A stretch of DNA of 64,000 nucleotides from Strigamia acuminata (taxonomy: Eukaryota). The notes under the pieces were generated by a model. The model saw only the letters and a program-made list of their open reading frames with translations, was not told the DNA's origin and ran no database searches. This document shows, piece by piece, positions 11,862 through 24,575 of the stretch (position 1 is the stretch's first letter; the number at the start of each line of letters is the position of its first letter). A program made the translations under genes and the position numbers. The stretch covers positions 27,466,001-27,530,000 of the forward strand of contig OX442314.1 in the NCBI GenBank assembly GCA_949358305.1, read 5' to 3'.

Positions 11862-11879
11862 ATCCCGGCCAGGCCCCCA
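11862..11879 (-). promoter_or_regulatory. Primer-binding site, tRNA-Pro-like
   Basis: TGGGGGCCTGGCCGGGAT 2 nt inside the LTR; the canonical Pro PBS is TGGGGGCTCGTCCGGGAT (3 mismatches). Confidence 0.8.
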
Positions 11880-11881
11880 AG

Positions 11882-13060
11882 TGTTGCGTTCCTGATGGTT
11901 CCAATTGACTTTTCACAACAACACTAAATTTATATTTAGTCACTATGGGATTTTTCCAATTGCAAGAGATCCCGGCGTTCACCTGTGGAAGCAGTTGAAT
12001 GCCGTTTATAGGTCTTCTATCGGGTGGGTTAGCCGTTAAGTCGGTGTCTAGGGATTTGATCTCGAATAAAGGCTAGTTTAGTTATTTTAAATCAAACAGT
12101 TAATCAATTTATTGAGCGTTAATTACAGGTTCAATTGAAGTGAATGTTAATAAAATGGGTTCTATGAGGATAAGATCGTCGGCGTAGAAGGCGACGTGCT
12201 CGAAGCAGCGCGGGACTCCTTCGGGCGGGAAAAAGCAGTGCAGAAATGGCGACACGTCGCCGCGCAAATTCTGCGAAGTGAGAAAGGAAGCGTGAAGCCG
12301 AAAGACTTCACAAAGAGTGTCGGCTGTTAAGCCTGACAAGACGGGAAATCTTGGGTTAAACCCTAGATTGCAACGGGAGATTTCCGTTGGAGACAAGTAG
12401 TCAAACGGCGGGTACCGCCGATCGTTAAAACCTGACTGGAGATCCGCTACAATCTGAATCGGAATCGTCGTCAACAGGTCGAGGAGCGGCGACGATGGCT
12501 CTGCAATCCTCGGCGGCTGGCTGGCGTCGATCTTCAACGGCGTGGGCGCGTTGGTCTTCGGGCGGCGGCGGGAACGACGGTGGTTTGGGCCGTCGTGCGT
12601 CGTCTTCGCAGCTCGGAAAGTGATTCGTTTGAACGTTGGTCCAAACAAATCGGGTTGAAACTTTGGCAAAACTCACGAGTCACGGACAAAACAGTGTTTT
12701 TGGGTTGAACAAAGCTGTGTCGGTGTGAACGGTATGAGTGTGATGCAAAGAGTGAGTAATAATTCGAATTATTACTCGGAATATGGCCGGAAAACGGCCA
12801 GTGCGCAGGCGTGGCGTGTGCCAAGGCACGCTTCAGCCCTAGCAACGGTGCAAAATTTGGGGATTGACTTAGCAACGCCCCAATCCAGGGCTCAAAATGC
12901 CAGGGCAGCCGTTACAGCTTCTGGGCCAATTGCCCAAAAGCGCAACAGGTGCATGGCAAAAAACACAATTCTAATGATTATGGTTAAAATATAAATAATA
13001 TGTTAAAAACGTGGTAGAAAAACTTCTCCACAAATGAAGTGAACATTTGAGATCGCAACA
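11882..13060 (-). repeat. 5' LTR of Gypsy-1 (1179 bp)
   Basis: TGTTGCG...CGCAACA termini; followed by the PBS on the minus strand. Confidence 0.95.
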
Positions 13061-13569
13061 ACGTCAAGAAATGATAATTCATCGATTTCGAATGGAATAA
13101 TGACCGCAAACAGTGAGCACTTACGAATTTATTTATTTTTAAATACAAATTTGCTGACTACAATATTCAAAATAATACAGGGGGGCCATGTTAGCTGCAA
13201 AACGTGTTAAAAGTGGAAAAACATTACACGGATTCATTAGTATGTGCGAATAACTTTGCAGCAAGTGATAAAACATGACCCAATTGGTAGTTTGTGCATT
13301 ACATAAATCATTACACATTCACTCGGAATGCTATTATGGCCAAAGTGAATAATAATGTCCAAAAAACAATAACAAAGACAAGTGTACTTTCTGTGGTACG
13401 TCCATAAGCTAAGGACATGTGTCTGGAAGGTGTCAGATCTAGCAGTGATGCGTTTAGTCTTTAGACCATGTGAGGCTACAAGGTACAGTGTAACTTCGGG
13501 GTCCCACAGGCGAATTTACGGTCTGACGGCCTTCTTAGCAGTCTTTTTCGGTGCCCTTCACACAGATGG

Positions 13570-16500
13570 TTAGTATTTTTTCTTTAATTTTAATAACTTA
13601 GAAACCAGCTTTTGCAAGAGTTGTGGAATTGCAAGAATCGAAAAGCCAAGCATCAGTGAAAAACAATTTCCAATGTCACAACACAGTGCAACTGCAGTGT
13701 AGGATAATACTTGTTTAAACTCTTCAATTATGTTATTCAGTGGAATTATTGAAAGAACTTTGATTGGCCATGCATCGGGATGTTGAAAGTAAACATATGT
13801 GTCAAACACTTGTTCTTCACAAAGTGGATGACAACCGCACTCTTTCATTACATTAATAGTTAAAGATCTGTTCATGAACAATGCCAATGAAGTTTTAGCA
13901 TCTTCAATATTAGTACAATCATCCTTTTTGATGTTGACCAAAAATGGTAACCTGAAAATATTTGAATAACACATTACAAACTACATCGTAGAACGTTTAG
14001 TACAAAGTTCGAAAGTGTCATTTCTTTGGGTTTTTTATTTTGTAAAGAAAGAAAAACCACTAAAATGATACGTATGACAAATTTCTGCGTGAATGCTAAA
14101 AGAAAAAATACTCACTTGCACTGAATTTCATTATATATCTTTTTTTCGTAGCAATCGTCTTGGCATCTTTCGTGTTTGTCTCTGTCAAGGCAAGGTTGAG
14201 ATTGTAAATTCAATCGGATGGTCTAAATTAAAGCAATTAGTTAAGCAGTTTTGTTTAGAATTGTCTGCAAACATCGTACTTTAAACATTTTGAATGTGAG
14301 AATGGTAAACGTTTTTGTTTTAATAGATCTTCTGCTCTTGAGAATTGATGGAATGGATGGGATTGTCGCTTCGCTTTGTTGAAAGTACACCTGCAGAAAG
14401 AATAATATAATTTATTGTAGTATTCAAGATCAGTTTGCTTCTGATGAAATAGCCTTGCAGTTAACTAACAAGGGGAGCACATGAATAACACACTCACAGA
14501 TTGTTGTCATATTAAACAAGAAGGATTGTTATATCATGCTGAATGAGACCCTAAAGTTATTTCATTCCATAAACAGCCAACAATGCAAACAATGAGCTGA
14601 AAGTTGGCACTATTTTGTCTGTGTATACATCCAATCTGAGCAATCAGGCCTAGTGTATGAATACGATAAACAACAGTTGCTAGGTAAAAAGTAGTTCCAA
14701 GATCCAAGTTGAATTTTATCATTTGATATTCAATGATGTCATTTCATCATTTGAGATTTAACGATGTCATGACATCAGAATTTTGTTTACCAACATGACT
14801 GTCTTCATGAAGACAACAATAGTTTGTAGTGGTGGTCCAGTGGTTAAGGCAATGGACTAGGAATCTTTCTACACAGGTTCAAATCCTGATGTGTTTGAAA
14901 ATTTTTACTCCTATATTTTAAATTTTTTTTGCAGTAATTTTAATGTTTGTAATTTTATGTTTGTTAAAAAATTAAAATTAATTAATTATTAAAGTTTTCT
15001 AAAAACAAACATAAAATTACAAACATTAAAATTACTGCTAAAAAAAATTAAAAAACAAAAGTAAAAATTTTCACAGACAGCAGGATTTGAACCTGTGTGG
15101 AAAGATTCCTAGTCCATTGCCTTAACCACTGGACCACCACTACAAACTACTATTGTCTTCATGAAGACAGTCATGTTGGTGAATAAAGTTGTGATGTCAT
15201 ATGTCATGAGATATCAAATGATGAAATGACCTCATTGAATATCAAATGATAAAATTCAACTTGGATCTTGGAACTACTTTTTACCTAGCAACTGTTGTTT
15301 ATCGTATTCATACACTAGGCCTGATTGCTCAGATTGGATGTATACACAGACAAAATAGTGCCAACTTTCAGCTCATTGTTTGCATTGTTGGCTGTTTATG
15401 GAATGAAATAACTTTAGGGTCTCATTCAGCATGATATAACAATTCTTCTTGTTTAATATGAAAACAATCTGTGAGTGTGTTATTCATGTGCTCCCCTTGT
15501 AAGCGTCTACAGCAGCGGTCGACAATAGGCGGATGCGGAAGGTCGAAACTTGGACCGCGGTGACGTTTTAGCGACGTTTTTCTTTCGGTTTCTTTGGTTT
15601 TTCTTTTTCGGTGTTTTTTTCTTGTTTTTCCTGTTTTTTTTTCCGTGTTTTTTTAGGTTTTATTGGTATTTTTTGGGTTGTGTGTGTTTATTGGGGGATT
15701 TTTTGGTTTTTAAATGTTTTTTCCGTTTTCTTAGGTTTTTAGTAAGGCTTTTAAGTGTTTTTTTTTTCTACACCGGGATAAAAATTTTCAATAGTATCCG
15801 GACCCCACTTAAAATTAATTCCCAACCCCTGGCCTACAGTATATGCCAAGTGCAATGCACTTATCTGAGTGCAAATGACAAATGGAACTTATTCATTACT
15901 TCGTAGTCATCTGGCTTACAGATTTGGCGACTGTTTGGTCGAAAACTAAAATATATTGCTGTAGCAACACCTGCATATGTTAGTGGACCTAAGAAAACAA
16001 TGTTGTTTTAGTAGTCCTATAATGTTTGCACACATGTTTAATTACCCATTTGAGATTGATAGCATGTTCCTGTGTGCATTGGTATTTTGCTCCAAGATAC
16101 ATTTGATCTGAATCCTAAGTTCTGATAAGAAAATACTTTTACCGGTCTACATAATTTTCTTAAATTTGGTTGAATTTGATTAAAGTCACGAGTTTCATTT
16201 AGCACTCACATTTTATCTAATAAGTTACATTTATCAAACGCCTTTTGAATCAATGGCTTTGTTTACATAATGCTTATGGACTCAATAGTGAGTTTGCGGT
16301 TGCCAATTGTTCCTTATAATTATGAGTTACAAGCTCATAATTATAAAATTGGACTTATAACATAACGTAACTCCTCAATTTTTACACTATTTTGTAAAAT
16401 AAGGGAGCCAATCAGATCGCTTAACACTATTTTAAGCTCCTCCCACTATTGCAAATGGCGCTGATGGTGCTAATAGAAATTCAAAATGGCTGCCTGACCT

Positions 16501-19500
16501 GTTTCAACAATCAGCCTCAATCACAATTTCTTTCTGCCATCGAAGGATAGAAACAACTAAAATCATTCCAGGTAAGCAAATAAATGAACTGGAAGACAAT
16601 TTCATGTCTGAAAACTGTCAAATTAGTAAAACTACAGATTTTCATTTTCTTTTGCATATGGATTTGTTCTACCATTACATGCAAGAGATTTGTACTGTTC
16701 ACATGGTATTTATAAGTATAATTTATAAAATGTTTATTGTACCGCAAGTGCCTATTTCAAGAAGGAATTATAATTATAATTATGAGCTTGTAACTCATAA
16801 TTATAAGGAACAATTGGCAACCGCAAACTCACTATTGACTCAACAGACATTTTTAAATATCGGACCAAACACTTACACTTTCAGCAAATTCCATGATGAC
16901 CTTATCCATTACGGGTGTTTGAAATCTCCATATATCTTCCATCGATGATTTTTTCCCTCCGATAGTCTTATTCATTAAATCAATGAAGTGAATTTTACAT
17001 TCTGGAATGCCTGTAGTTTTGGCATATTGGCTTCTGTAGTGTGTCATTAAGGGTCCATCCATACATGCAATGACGTTGGGCAAATATAATGTGTTATTTT
17101 CTTGAATATTTACTACATATCTTGTCGGTTCGCTCAAATATAATGCGATTCTTTCTTTGCTCACATAAACCGCTAGTAAGCCGGAAATAAAAACAAGAAT
17201 ACGATACAAGGTGCGTTGAAGCTTGGGCGAAGTTTTCATTGTCTTTTTCTTCAAATTTTCCAATTTGATTTGATTAACAATTTTGGTTTTTATCTGAGCA
17301 TGTAGTCGAACAGGTCTGATATAATTGCAGAAGAGGAGCAAACCAAAGTGTACAATTTCAATTATAGAGAGGAGTGACAATCCCAAGCAAAATCCTAGGT
17401 TGCCGCCCAAATCAATCACCAAATTAGGGATTTTGTAAATGTAGATTTCTGTCATCCACACAGATGTTTCTTGTGACACTTTAAAATTAATACTTGTACG
17501 ATTTATATCACTGGGTTCATCTTCAAAATCTAGCAGTTAAAGATAAATAATTTCATTATATTTATGCGTTAAAATGATATTGTTTGACGTAACTAGTATC
17601 GGTGTGCACTATTAGGAGATAAACTCTTGTTTGACAAGGTCTTAAGCAACCACATTCAATTGTTGCCAGCGTGGATGTTTCGGGTTTATACGAGTTTTTG
17701 TACACTTGATCCACGATTGATTTGTTTGCTTCTAAACTGCAGTCTGGCAGATTTTTGTCAGCCATGTAAGGCAATCTATCAAGTAAGTTAACCATCTATT
17801 AGCATCCTAATGAATGATCAATGTTTACGTTAAGTAAGTTTAAACCTGCACTTAGGATTGGCTTTGAGATTTTGCTTGGTCACACAGTTTTTATAACATT
17901 CGGTCTGCTTCTTCAGACTGGGCTCACAGTAGGGGTTTCTTGAAGGCAAAAATTGATACTTGCAGGAAAGAAATACAGTTTTACTATTTTGGTTATACAA
18001 GTATGTGTTGATTTATAAATTAAATGTATTATAAAAGATTTATAAATCATATGTATTATAAAAGCATAGAGATAACTATTTATTCAATGCGATTCACAGT
18101 TGAATAAGCTGCAAGAACTATACAAACAAGCAATTATAACTCACTTGACGCAAAATAAATTGAAATTCAGCTTCAATTCCCATCTGTATTGGCATAGTAT
18201 ATCTATACGGCATGACACCATCCTTCATTGACATCTAGCATTAAATGGTGGTATGTATATTATTTGTCTTGTGTGCGGTAGCGGTATACCGCACCGCGGT
18301 AATTTTTTGGGACGCAACACTGCGGTATTCAGCAAAATACCGCAAAACGGTATACCGCAATACCGCAAATACCGCAATACCGGATAATACTACAATACCG
18401 CAAATACCGCAATACCGGATAATACTACAATACCGCAAATACCACAAAAAGCTGCAACAAACTAAATGGCGCTTTAACCAATTGATCTGAAATTCTATCT
18501 AAACGCATAATGCCTTATACCAAAACGGGTACATTTTACTTTTATCTTTCCAACGGTTAAAAATACCGGATAAGGCTACCGATAGGTGCAGGCTATTTTG
18601 TCTAATCAGTTTATTTGACGCCATCTTTATGGCAACGACTATAGCAAGCTGATTTGACGAATCGATTTTGACAAAATAAACTGACCGTAATCATTGGTGC
18701 TTTACAGGTCCCATTTTTCTTAATGACGACATTAAATTTTCTGTTTAGAGCTAGTTTTAAATCTAGAAAAAATAGTTTAGTCAAAAATTATTTAAACAGA
18801 CTAGATGATTATCGTATATTAATTTCACCTGTTATTGTTACAGTCAGTGTACGGCCTGCTACATAATCGTTGTATTTTAATGCAATTGTTTTACCCCGAT
18901 TTGTATAATTGCCACTTTTTATCTTAGTGCCAAGTAACACAGTTTTGTCCTAAAAAAATTATTGGCAAATTATTGGAAACAATATTTATTAATATGACTT
19001 TTTTACGTATCCAAAAGAACATACTGTATAGTAAATATAATTTCTTTTTAAATTGCATAAAGGAATAAGGTTCCTTACCTGTCTGAATTTTATGTGCTGC
19101 AAATTTTCTGAAATGTTGGAATGTTCCCACAAGTGAGAATAATTTTCAACCTTGACTTGCTGTGAGATGATTCCTCTTACTGGGAGCCTGCAATCTCTCA
19201 TTAACTCGCTTGCACCATCAATTGTGTTCGGTTCTGGTATTTTGTCCCAGTACTTTGACATCAATGGAGTATCTAGGCCCATGAGCATAACTTCAGGGAA
19301 TCTGTTTTCCTGTATTGGAACATATTCAATTTCAACTTTGAAAGGTCCAGTCATGTAGAAGCGAAATCTTTCCCAAGTTTGATAACTGAAGATGCCGAAA
19401 CAAACGACTAAACCAAACAACCAAATGAAACGAAGTATTCCAGTGTTCTCGAGAACTTGGTTTATAAATTGAAAACTATCTTTGTCCGTCAATGAAGTTA

Positions 19501-19573
19501 TCATCTTTCGTTGCACGAATTGGCGAATACGATTACGGGTCCGGCGAATAAACAACGCTCTAGGAGCCGTCAT
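13570..19573 (-). CDS. Tandem two-domain DEG/ENaC-like channel, copy A (12 exons, ~830 aa)
   Basis: Phase-consistent GT-AG exons, approximately 19573-19079, 18949-18829, 18762-18687, 18234-18145, 17958-17846, 17780-17595, 17529-16877, 16121-16046, 15988-15900, 14391-14280, 14223-14117, 13951-13570. Motifs in order: RFIW-TM1, FPEV, Cys-rich thumb (CGCLRPC), DLGGNLGFCLGLS; then TM1', LPNVIAC, GTCY, CGCHPLC, DIGNCFSLMLGFS. Confidence 0.85.
14826..14893 (+). pseudogene. tRNA-Ser-derived sequence (Pol III A/B boxes), left arm of the foldback
   Basis: GTAGTGGTGGTCCAGTGGTTAAGGCAATGGACTAGGAATC...GGTTCAAATCCTG resembles tRNA-Ser(AGA); variable arm shortened, acceptor stem imperfect. Confidence 0.65.
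15073..15143 (-). pseudogene. tRNA-Ser-derived sequence, right arm of the foldback
   Basis: Inverted copy of 14826-14893. Confidence 0.65.
16287..16833. mobile_element. MITE (possibly PIF/Harbinger-ISL2EU group) in a copy A intron
   Basis: ~60-bp TIRs AGTGAGTTTGCGG...CCGCAAACTCACT, flanked by AAT/ATT; empty site in copy C near 36220. Confidence 0.75.
18270..18650. repeat. Intronic insertion with AATACCGCA-type short tandem repeats (non-autonomous TE remnant)
   Basis: Repeated AATACCGCA/AATACCGGAT units; present only in copy A. Confidence 0.5.
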
Positions 19574-19888
19574 TTTTCTTCAAATCAACTTTTAAAGCTA
19601 AAACTACATAACAGTTTAACGTTGATGGTACTTAAATGATGAAAACTAATTATATTTTAAATTAACTTTCGTATTTGGAAGTAATTTTAAATTAATTTAA
19701 TTTTTTTTTCAAACGAACTGAAAATGATTATGGTTGTAAAACTCCAAAAGTTAATTTGTTTTGAACTTAATATTATCTAAGGCAATGACTCTTTTCAATT
19801 TGTCAACATTAATGAAGGAAACTAAAGTCATTAAAGTTTAATGAAATATTGATGTTTCAAAACTATAAGCTGAATTTATGATGGATGT

Positions 19889-22800
19889 TGTGACGGTTTA
19901 TAGGTGCTATTTATTAATAACACGGCTGAATTTTAAGTGTTTTCGGCAAAACCTGCATTTGTCAATGCTCCGAGTCGCCACTATATGGCGCGATTACAAT
20001 TCAGCAGTAAATTTGAATTACGAGTTAAAAAACTGGTAAATAAATATAAGAATATATTTATGAGAATGAAACGAAGCTTTACTAGTATTAATATAAATAT
20101 ATATTAATAATTAGTATTAATAATAATTGACTTGAATCTCCAGTTCGGCAGAAAAAGGAGATTTGGCGATCAATCGATCAACCGATCGATCTGATTGGTG
20201 GATCCATTTCCGGTCCTAGGTATCCAGTTCCGGTTGTGGTGAGAATTAGCATAATGTTCCTCCGTATCCACTTCCGGTGATACGGGATTGGAGGGATTCG
20301 TGGAACCAATGTTCCAATTGGATAACTGGATTAATCCTTAATCCAGTCAGGTTATATAAACCCGAACAACAGGCCATTCCGGGGCTCTGTTTGATTATTT
20401 CTGTTTGGTATTATTACTTAAGAAATATGATTCGTTGTCCATGAAAACCATTTGGTTCTTTGTTGATTTATTCGCAAAGAACCGCGGCATGATTCTACCG
20501 AATCATGCAACCCCCGGCAACTGAAGCCGACGTATTGGATAATTATGTAGCATAACTGTTTCAATCTACGGTCTTGCCGAGGAGAACCTGCTTTCTATGC
20601 AACTCAGTATCCTCCGGGCAGGTCCAAGTGGTCATTTTCGGTATGAACACATTTCGTAACCGTGAGTAAGCACCGGGACTGTTGAGAATTGGTTCCTTCA
20701 CCTGATGGTGCCAAAGCAGTCTGTTTTACAGTAACCACGAGTAGCACCAAGTGTTTGGCAAGCTGATTCTCATGGTATTCGGTGCCAAAAGTAGTCGGTT
20801 TGTTACTAGTACCGCGAAGGACTAAACTGCTGTGCGGAGCCGCGAGCTATCGACTCCTGTGAAGTGGTGCCGTCAATCGCCAGACGAACGACCGCGCTGC
20901 GATGCAGGGGACGCTTGATACCGTTCTGCATGGCAAGGCGTATTCTATCGATGGCAACTGTGTGATTGCGACGGGAAGCTTAATATATTTATCTTTTCCA
21001 TTTATATAGCAAAAGCTAACTTGAAGACAAGTTGGCTACTCAAGTCAGAAGACTTGATTACAATACATTTGACACCAATGTAAAACAATAAGTTGACAAC
21101 AGCTTATTGCGCGAAATATCTAATAGGAAATCACAACGATACGAATTAAATATAATTCGTATATCGGACTATGGGTAAGTAAATGAAATGCATTTACTTA
21201 CACCAATATCCAACCTAAGTTGTGGTGGTGCACATGAGTCAACCGCACCTCTCAGATCTCTCGATTCATCGACGTGCGATGATTTACACAAGCGAACCAG
21301 GGAACCAGCGAAGCTGTATCAGAATCCAGGACACAGCCAGCCGGTTTAGATGACATCTGTAACCAGGTCGAGCGATGGGGAAACCGCTTCCATATTCCAG
21401 ACACGTAATGATATTATTTTAGGGCCAATTGGCCAACTCATTGTATAGTTTAAATAGTCAGTTAACTTGCCAAATGTCGGCATTAGTCTTATGTATAATT
21501 TAGCCTCGATTCCATTGTTTGCCAACAATAAACTGTCATGTATCGATAACCATTCTTGTCTTGTATTTATCTCTCGTTATATTCACTGTTTATTTATGCG
21601 ATCTATTCCCGGTACCATTGTCAAATGGGAGTTGTGGTCGTCACCGTCACACGTGGAGGTCCCACCGAGATAGGTTGCAATTAATCCGATTGAATTGTAA
21701 AAGTGAATTTCCTGAGATAAATAAAAAGACAAAAAACTTTAAATAAGTTTTACAAGTTACAAGTTTTAAAAGGTACATTTTATTTTCTCGAGGAAAATGA
21801 ATAATTCAATTCTGAACGAAAGAATTGCAACCAGATTTCTAAATCTATCACATGATAATTGAGATAGGTTTATTCGAAGTGTTAAAGATTAAAATTCGGA
21901 GAATTCGATGAATATAAATACAGAATAGTATATTTTGATATTTGCTTTATTTTCGTGAAAAAGTAAAAGTAAGAACAACTTTAGACATGTTTAACGAATC
22001 ACAAGAAAAGAAAATCTTGCAAAAAAATTGGAATTTTGAAGTAAATCCAGTATTAAGGAGAAGTTACAATAATTGGAAACAATTGACAAAAATTGAAAGT
22101 GAATTTATTTTATTCTCGTGAAAAATACAATTTTGGGAATATTTACGAATATCTCTCGAAGGAATTTTATTTTATCGGTAAAACTAAAATGTCGAAGGGA
22201 ACGGACTTAGTAGAAAACAACTAACAAAAATATTACGTCTGTTATACTATTGGTTGATAGCAAATCGGCCAATCAGGAGCTAGGAGATCTAGGGATCCCC
22301 AGCCCCCTGCTATTAAAGAAGAGCCAGATCAGACAGTGATCATTCGCTTCCAGACCAGACCAGCAGACGTGTTCCAGTAACCATCCTGACCGCGCCATCC
22401 GATTCTAGTTACGATTCGAAGTTTTCCACCGCAAATTAGTAAACGACTGATTCAATTATATTTATATATAATGGATCCGAACAATCTTCCTAACGAAGAG
22501 AAAGCCGCAAAAGAAGTATCTAGCTTGAATTCAAGTTATGTAAAACTTTGTGATCAAACGGAAATGATTCCCAATGATTTCACACTGTTTTGTATTCATA
22601 ATGAACTGGATAAAACCCAGTTCAAAAACATAATCGAAGCTTCCGACTTTGTGACAAAGCGGGCGCTACGTAACGTGCGTATTAATCCAACTCCTGAACC
22701 ACGCGTAGAACTTTCAAAAGAAAGCTTGGCGAACCATAATTCTAAATTGGACCCGATACCTTCGCCAAAAGATCTACCCGAAGAAACCAGATTACGATCA

Positions 22801-23560
22801 AAGACTCCACAACGAAAATTGGGAGATCAAGCGAGAATTAAAACCTCGTCAATTCGAAATCAAGACATTCGAGAACTATTTCGAACATCAAGCAAAGGAT
22901 CACTTGATCAATCAAGCTTAGAAAGTGGATCTCCTCCTTCCCGCCACGACAGTTGCAACCATTCTCCTAATATCCCAAAGACGGGAGGATCTAATTTTTC
23001 GTCTTTTCAACCAGACAACGTTAAAAAGACTTCAAATCCACATATTTATACAGAGAATGGAAATAGACATTTTGCCAAACAAACCCCTAAAGGGCGAGGA
23101 GGCAAATCGGTGATTCGACGGAGAAAATCTCCACTTCCATCACCTGTCTTAACTCAAACTCGACAAGAACAATTGAGATTAGACGAAGTAGAAAAAGAGC
23201 GACTTCGGCAAGAAGCAATTAATCAAAAGAAGATTAACGACGAAAAGATTTGTCAAGATAAGCTCAGCGAAGAAACTACTAAACAAAACGAAATTCGCAA
23301 GAAAGCAGCGGAAGATGAAGAGATCCGACAAGCTGCTATCAGCCGAGATAAGATCCCCCAATATCAAGAACCAGCTTTAGATCTAAACAAGTTCATGGAT
23401 GAACTCAAAAGACAACAGGATGAGCTCAACAGACAACGAGAAGAACTCGAAGAAAAATCGAAGGATTTATTCAACGCCGAAACCAACCAACGAGCAAGAG
23501 AAGAACTCTTAAACTCTCGTCTTAGTCTCGCCTCATCCACTCATGTTAATCATTTTGATG
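19889..23560 (+). mobile_element. Truncated LTR retrotransposon: 5' LTR 19889-21651, tRNA-Gln PBS, gag-like ORF
   Basis: TGTGACGG...CCGTCACA termini. PBS TGGAGGTCCCACCGAGAT (21654-21671) is complementary to the tRNA-Gln 3' end. Interrupts the upstream flank conserved in B and C. Confidence 0.85.
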
Positions 23561-23589
23561 CTTCAAATCGCCGCCAGATTGTTTCGTGA
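22471..23589 (+). CDS. N-terminal part of a putative gag (coiled-coil), truncated
   Basis: 372-aa ATG ORF after the PBS and leader; charged coiled-coil; the last codons come from the next repeat. Confidence 0.55.
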   Translation: MDPNNLPNEEKAAKEVSSLNSSYVKLCDQTEMIPNDFTLFCIHNELDKTQFKNIIEASDFVTKRALRNVRINPTPEPRVELSKESLANHNSKLDPIPSPKDLPEETRLRSKTPQRKLGDQARIKTSSIRNQDIRELFRTSSKGSLDQSSLESGSPPSRHDSCNHSPNIPKTGGSNFSSFQPDNVKKTSNPHIYTENGNRHFAKQTPKGRGGKSVIRRRKSPLPSPVLTQTRQEQLRLDEVEKERLRQEAINQKKINDEKICQDKLSEETTKQNEIRKKAAEDEEIRQAAISRDKIPQYQEPALDLNKFMDELKRQQDELNRQREELEEKSKDLFNAETNQRAREELLNSRLSLASSTHVNHFDASNRRQIVS

Positions 23590-24119
23590 TTCTGATTGCC
23601 GTGATCGTGCCAAAAAAACTTTCATAAAAGTACTTTTTCTAAATAATATTAAAAAATATATATATATGGGCAGATAGGAATTTTTGTTTTAACCAGGTTT
23701 AGCCTGGTTTCAGAATTTTTAAGTCTTATTTTAATGCCGAAAACATCAAAATTCGCATCGGACGAACATTTTGGCATCCATTAAAGGACACGTGTTCCGC
23801 CAGGTGGCGCTGCAGTTTGAAAAGTTACATTACAGGTCACGTGACTGGACGTTGAACCACACATTTCCGGAAGCAGTATGTAATAGACGGCTAAAAGTGT
23901 ACTAAAACCAATTTTTTAATTCAACCGGAGGTCGGAGAAATACGAAAATACCTTAAAAACCCAATACAGGTATGCTGAGTTCATTGCCGTTGCCCGTTTG
24001 GCTTTACCTGCTATAGTTTTTGAGATGTGGATGCAGACAGACGGACAGAACCGTTTCATTAGACTTTCTAAACATCAGGTTTAGAAGTCTAATAAAAGCC
24101 TTTAATAAAGCCTTTAAAA
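23560..24119. mobile_element. Helentron/DINE-like non-autonomous repeat fragment
   Basis: Inverted homolog of 26041-26580; CAGACAGACGGACAG microsatellite and tandem TAATAAA(A)GCCTT end in an A/T run. Confidence 0.5.
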
Positions 24120-24420
24120 ATGGTTTGTATTTAGAGTTAATGAATTCAAAATTGGTCAATTAATTTCCTTTTTAAATATTCAGTTATAACATGTCATCAG
24201 AAGTGGAATTTCTCAATTTGCCGGTTAGAAGTTTAGCGGATAAAAGTTGCCTGGTGGGTGTGTGGACAACAAACAATAGTTATTTGATTAATTATGTGAA
24301 ATCGCAAATGTTTCCTCATTGGGGCGTGGAATACATCACAGATTGGCACTCGGTTAAAGTATTTTTAACGAGAATTTGTAATTTTGAATTAATATTCACA
24401 GATGTTTATTGGTTTTTAGG

Positions 24421-24575
24421 CAGTGCTGGACTGGCCCGGCGGGCTACCGGGAGTTTCCCGGTGGCCCGTGGCCGCTGTGGCCCGTCGCAGCCGGCTGTAG
24501 CCTGTCCCGACTTCATTAATTGTGGCCCGGACACCCAGATTTCCCGGCCATAAATTTGTTCCCAGTCCAGCCCTG
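24421..24575. mobile_element. hAT-type MITE
   Basis: CAGTGCTGGACTGG...CCAGTCCAGCCCTG with 8-bp TSD TTTTTAGG; empty site near 34070. Confidence 0.85.

Larger units (their letters stand above)
1..13060 (-). mobile_element. Ty3/Gypsy LTR retrotransposon (Gypsy-1), near full length; 3' LTR cut by the window start
   Basis: Bases 1-1059 repeat at 12002-13060 with no difference seen. Domain order gag-PR-RT-RH-IN; PBS and PPT abut the LTRs. Confidence 0.97.
14468..15500. mobile_element. ~1-kb foldback/palindromic insertion in an intron of copy A
   Basis: ACAAGGGGAGCAC...GTGCTCCCCTTGT; ~500-bp near-perfect arms; absent from the same intron in B and C. Confidence 0.85.

Noticed and set aside
14826..15143. 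Functional tRNA genes
   Set aside because: Acceptor stem mismatched and variable arm shortened; embedded in a TE-like palindrome.
14534..15434. Two identical 62-aa ORFs on opposite strands
   Set aside because: By-product of the inverted repeat.
15550..15906. Phe-rich membrane-protein-like ORF
   Set aside because: T-rich low-complexity intronic sequence.
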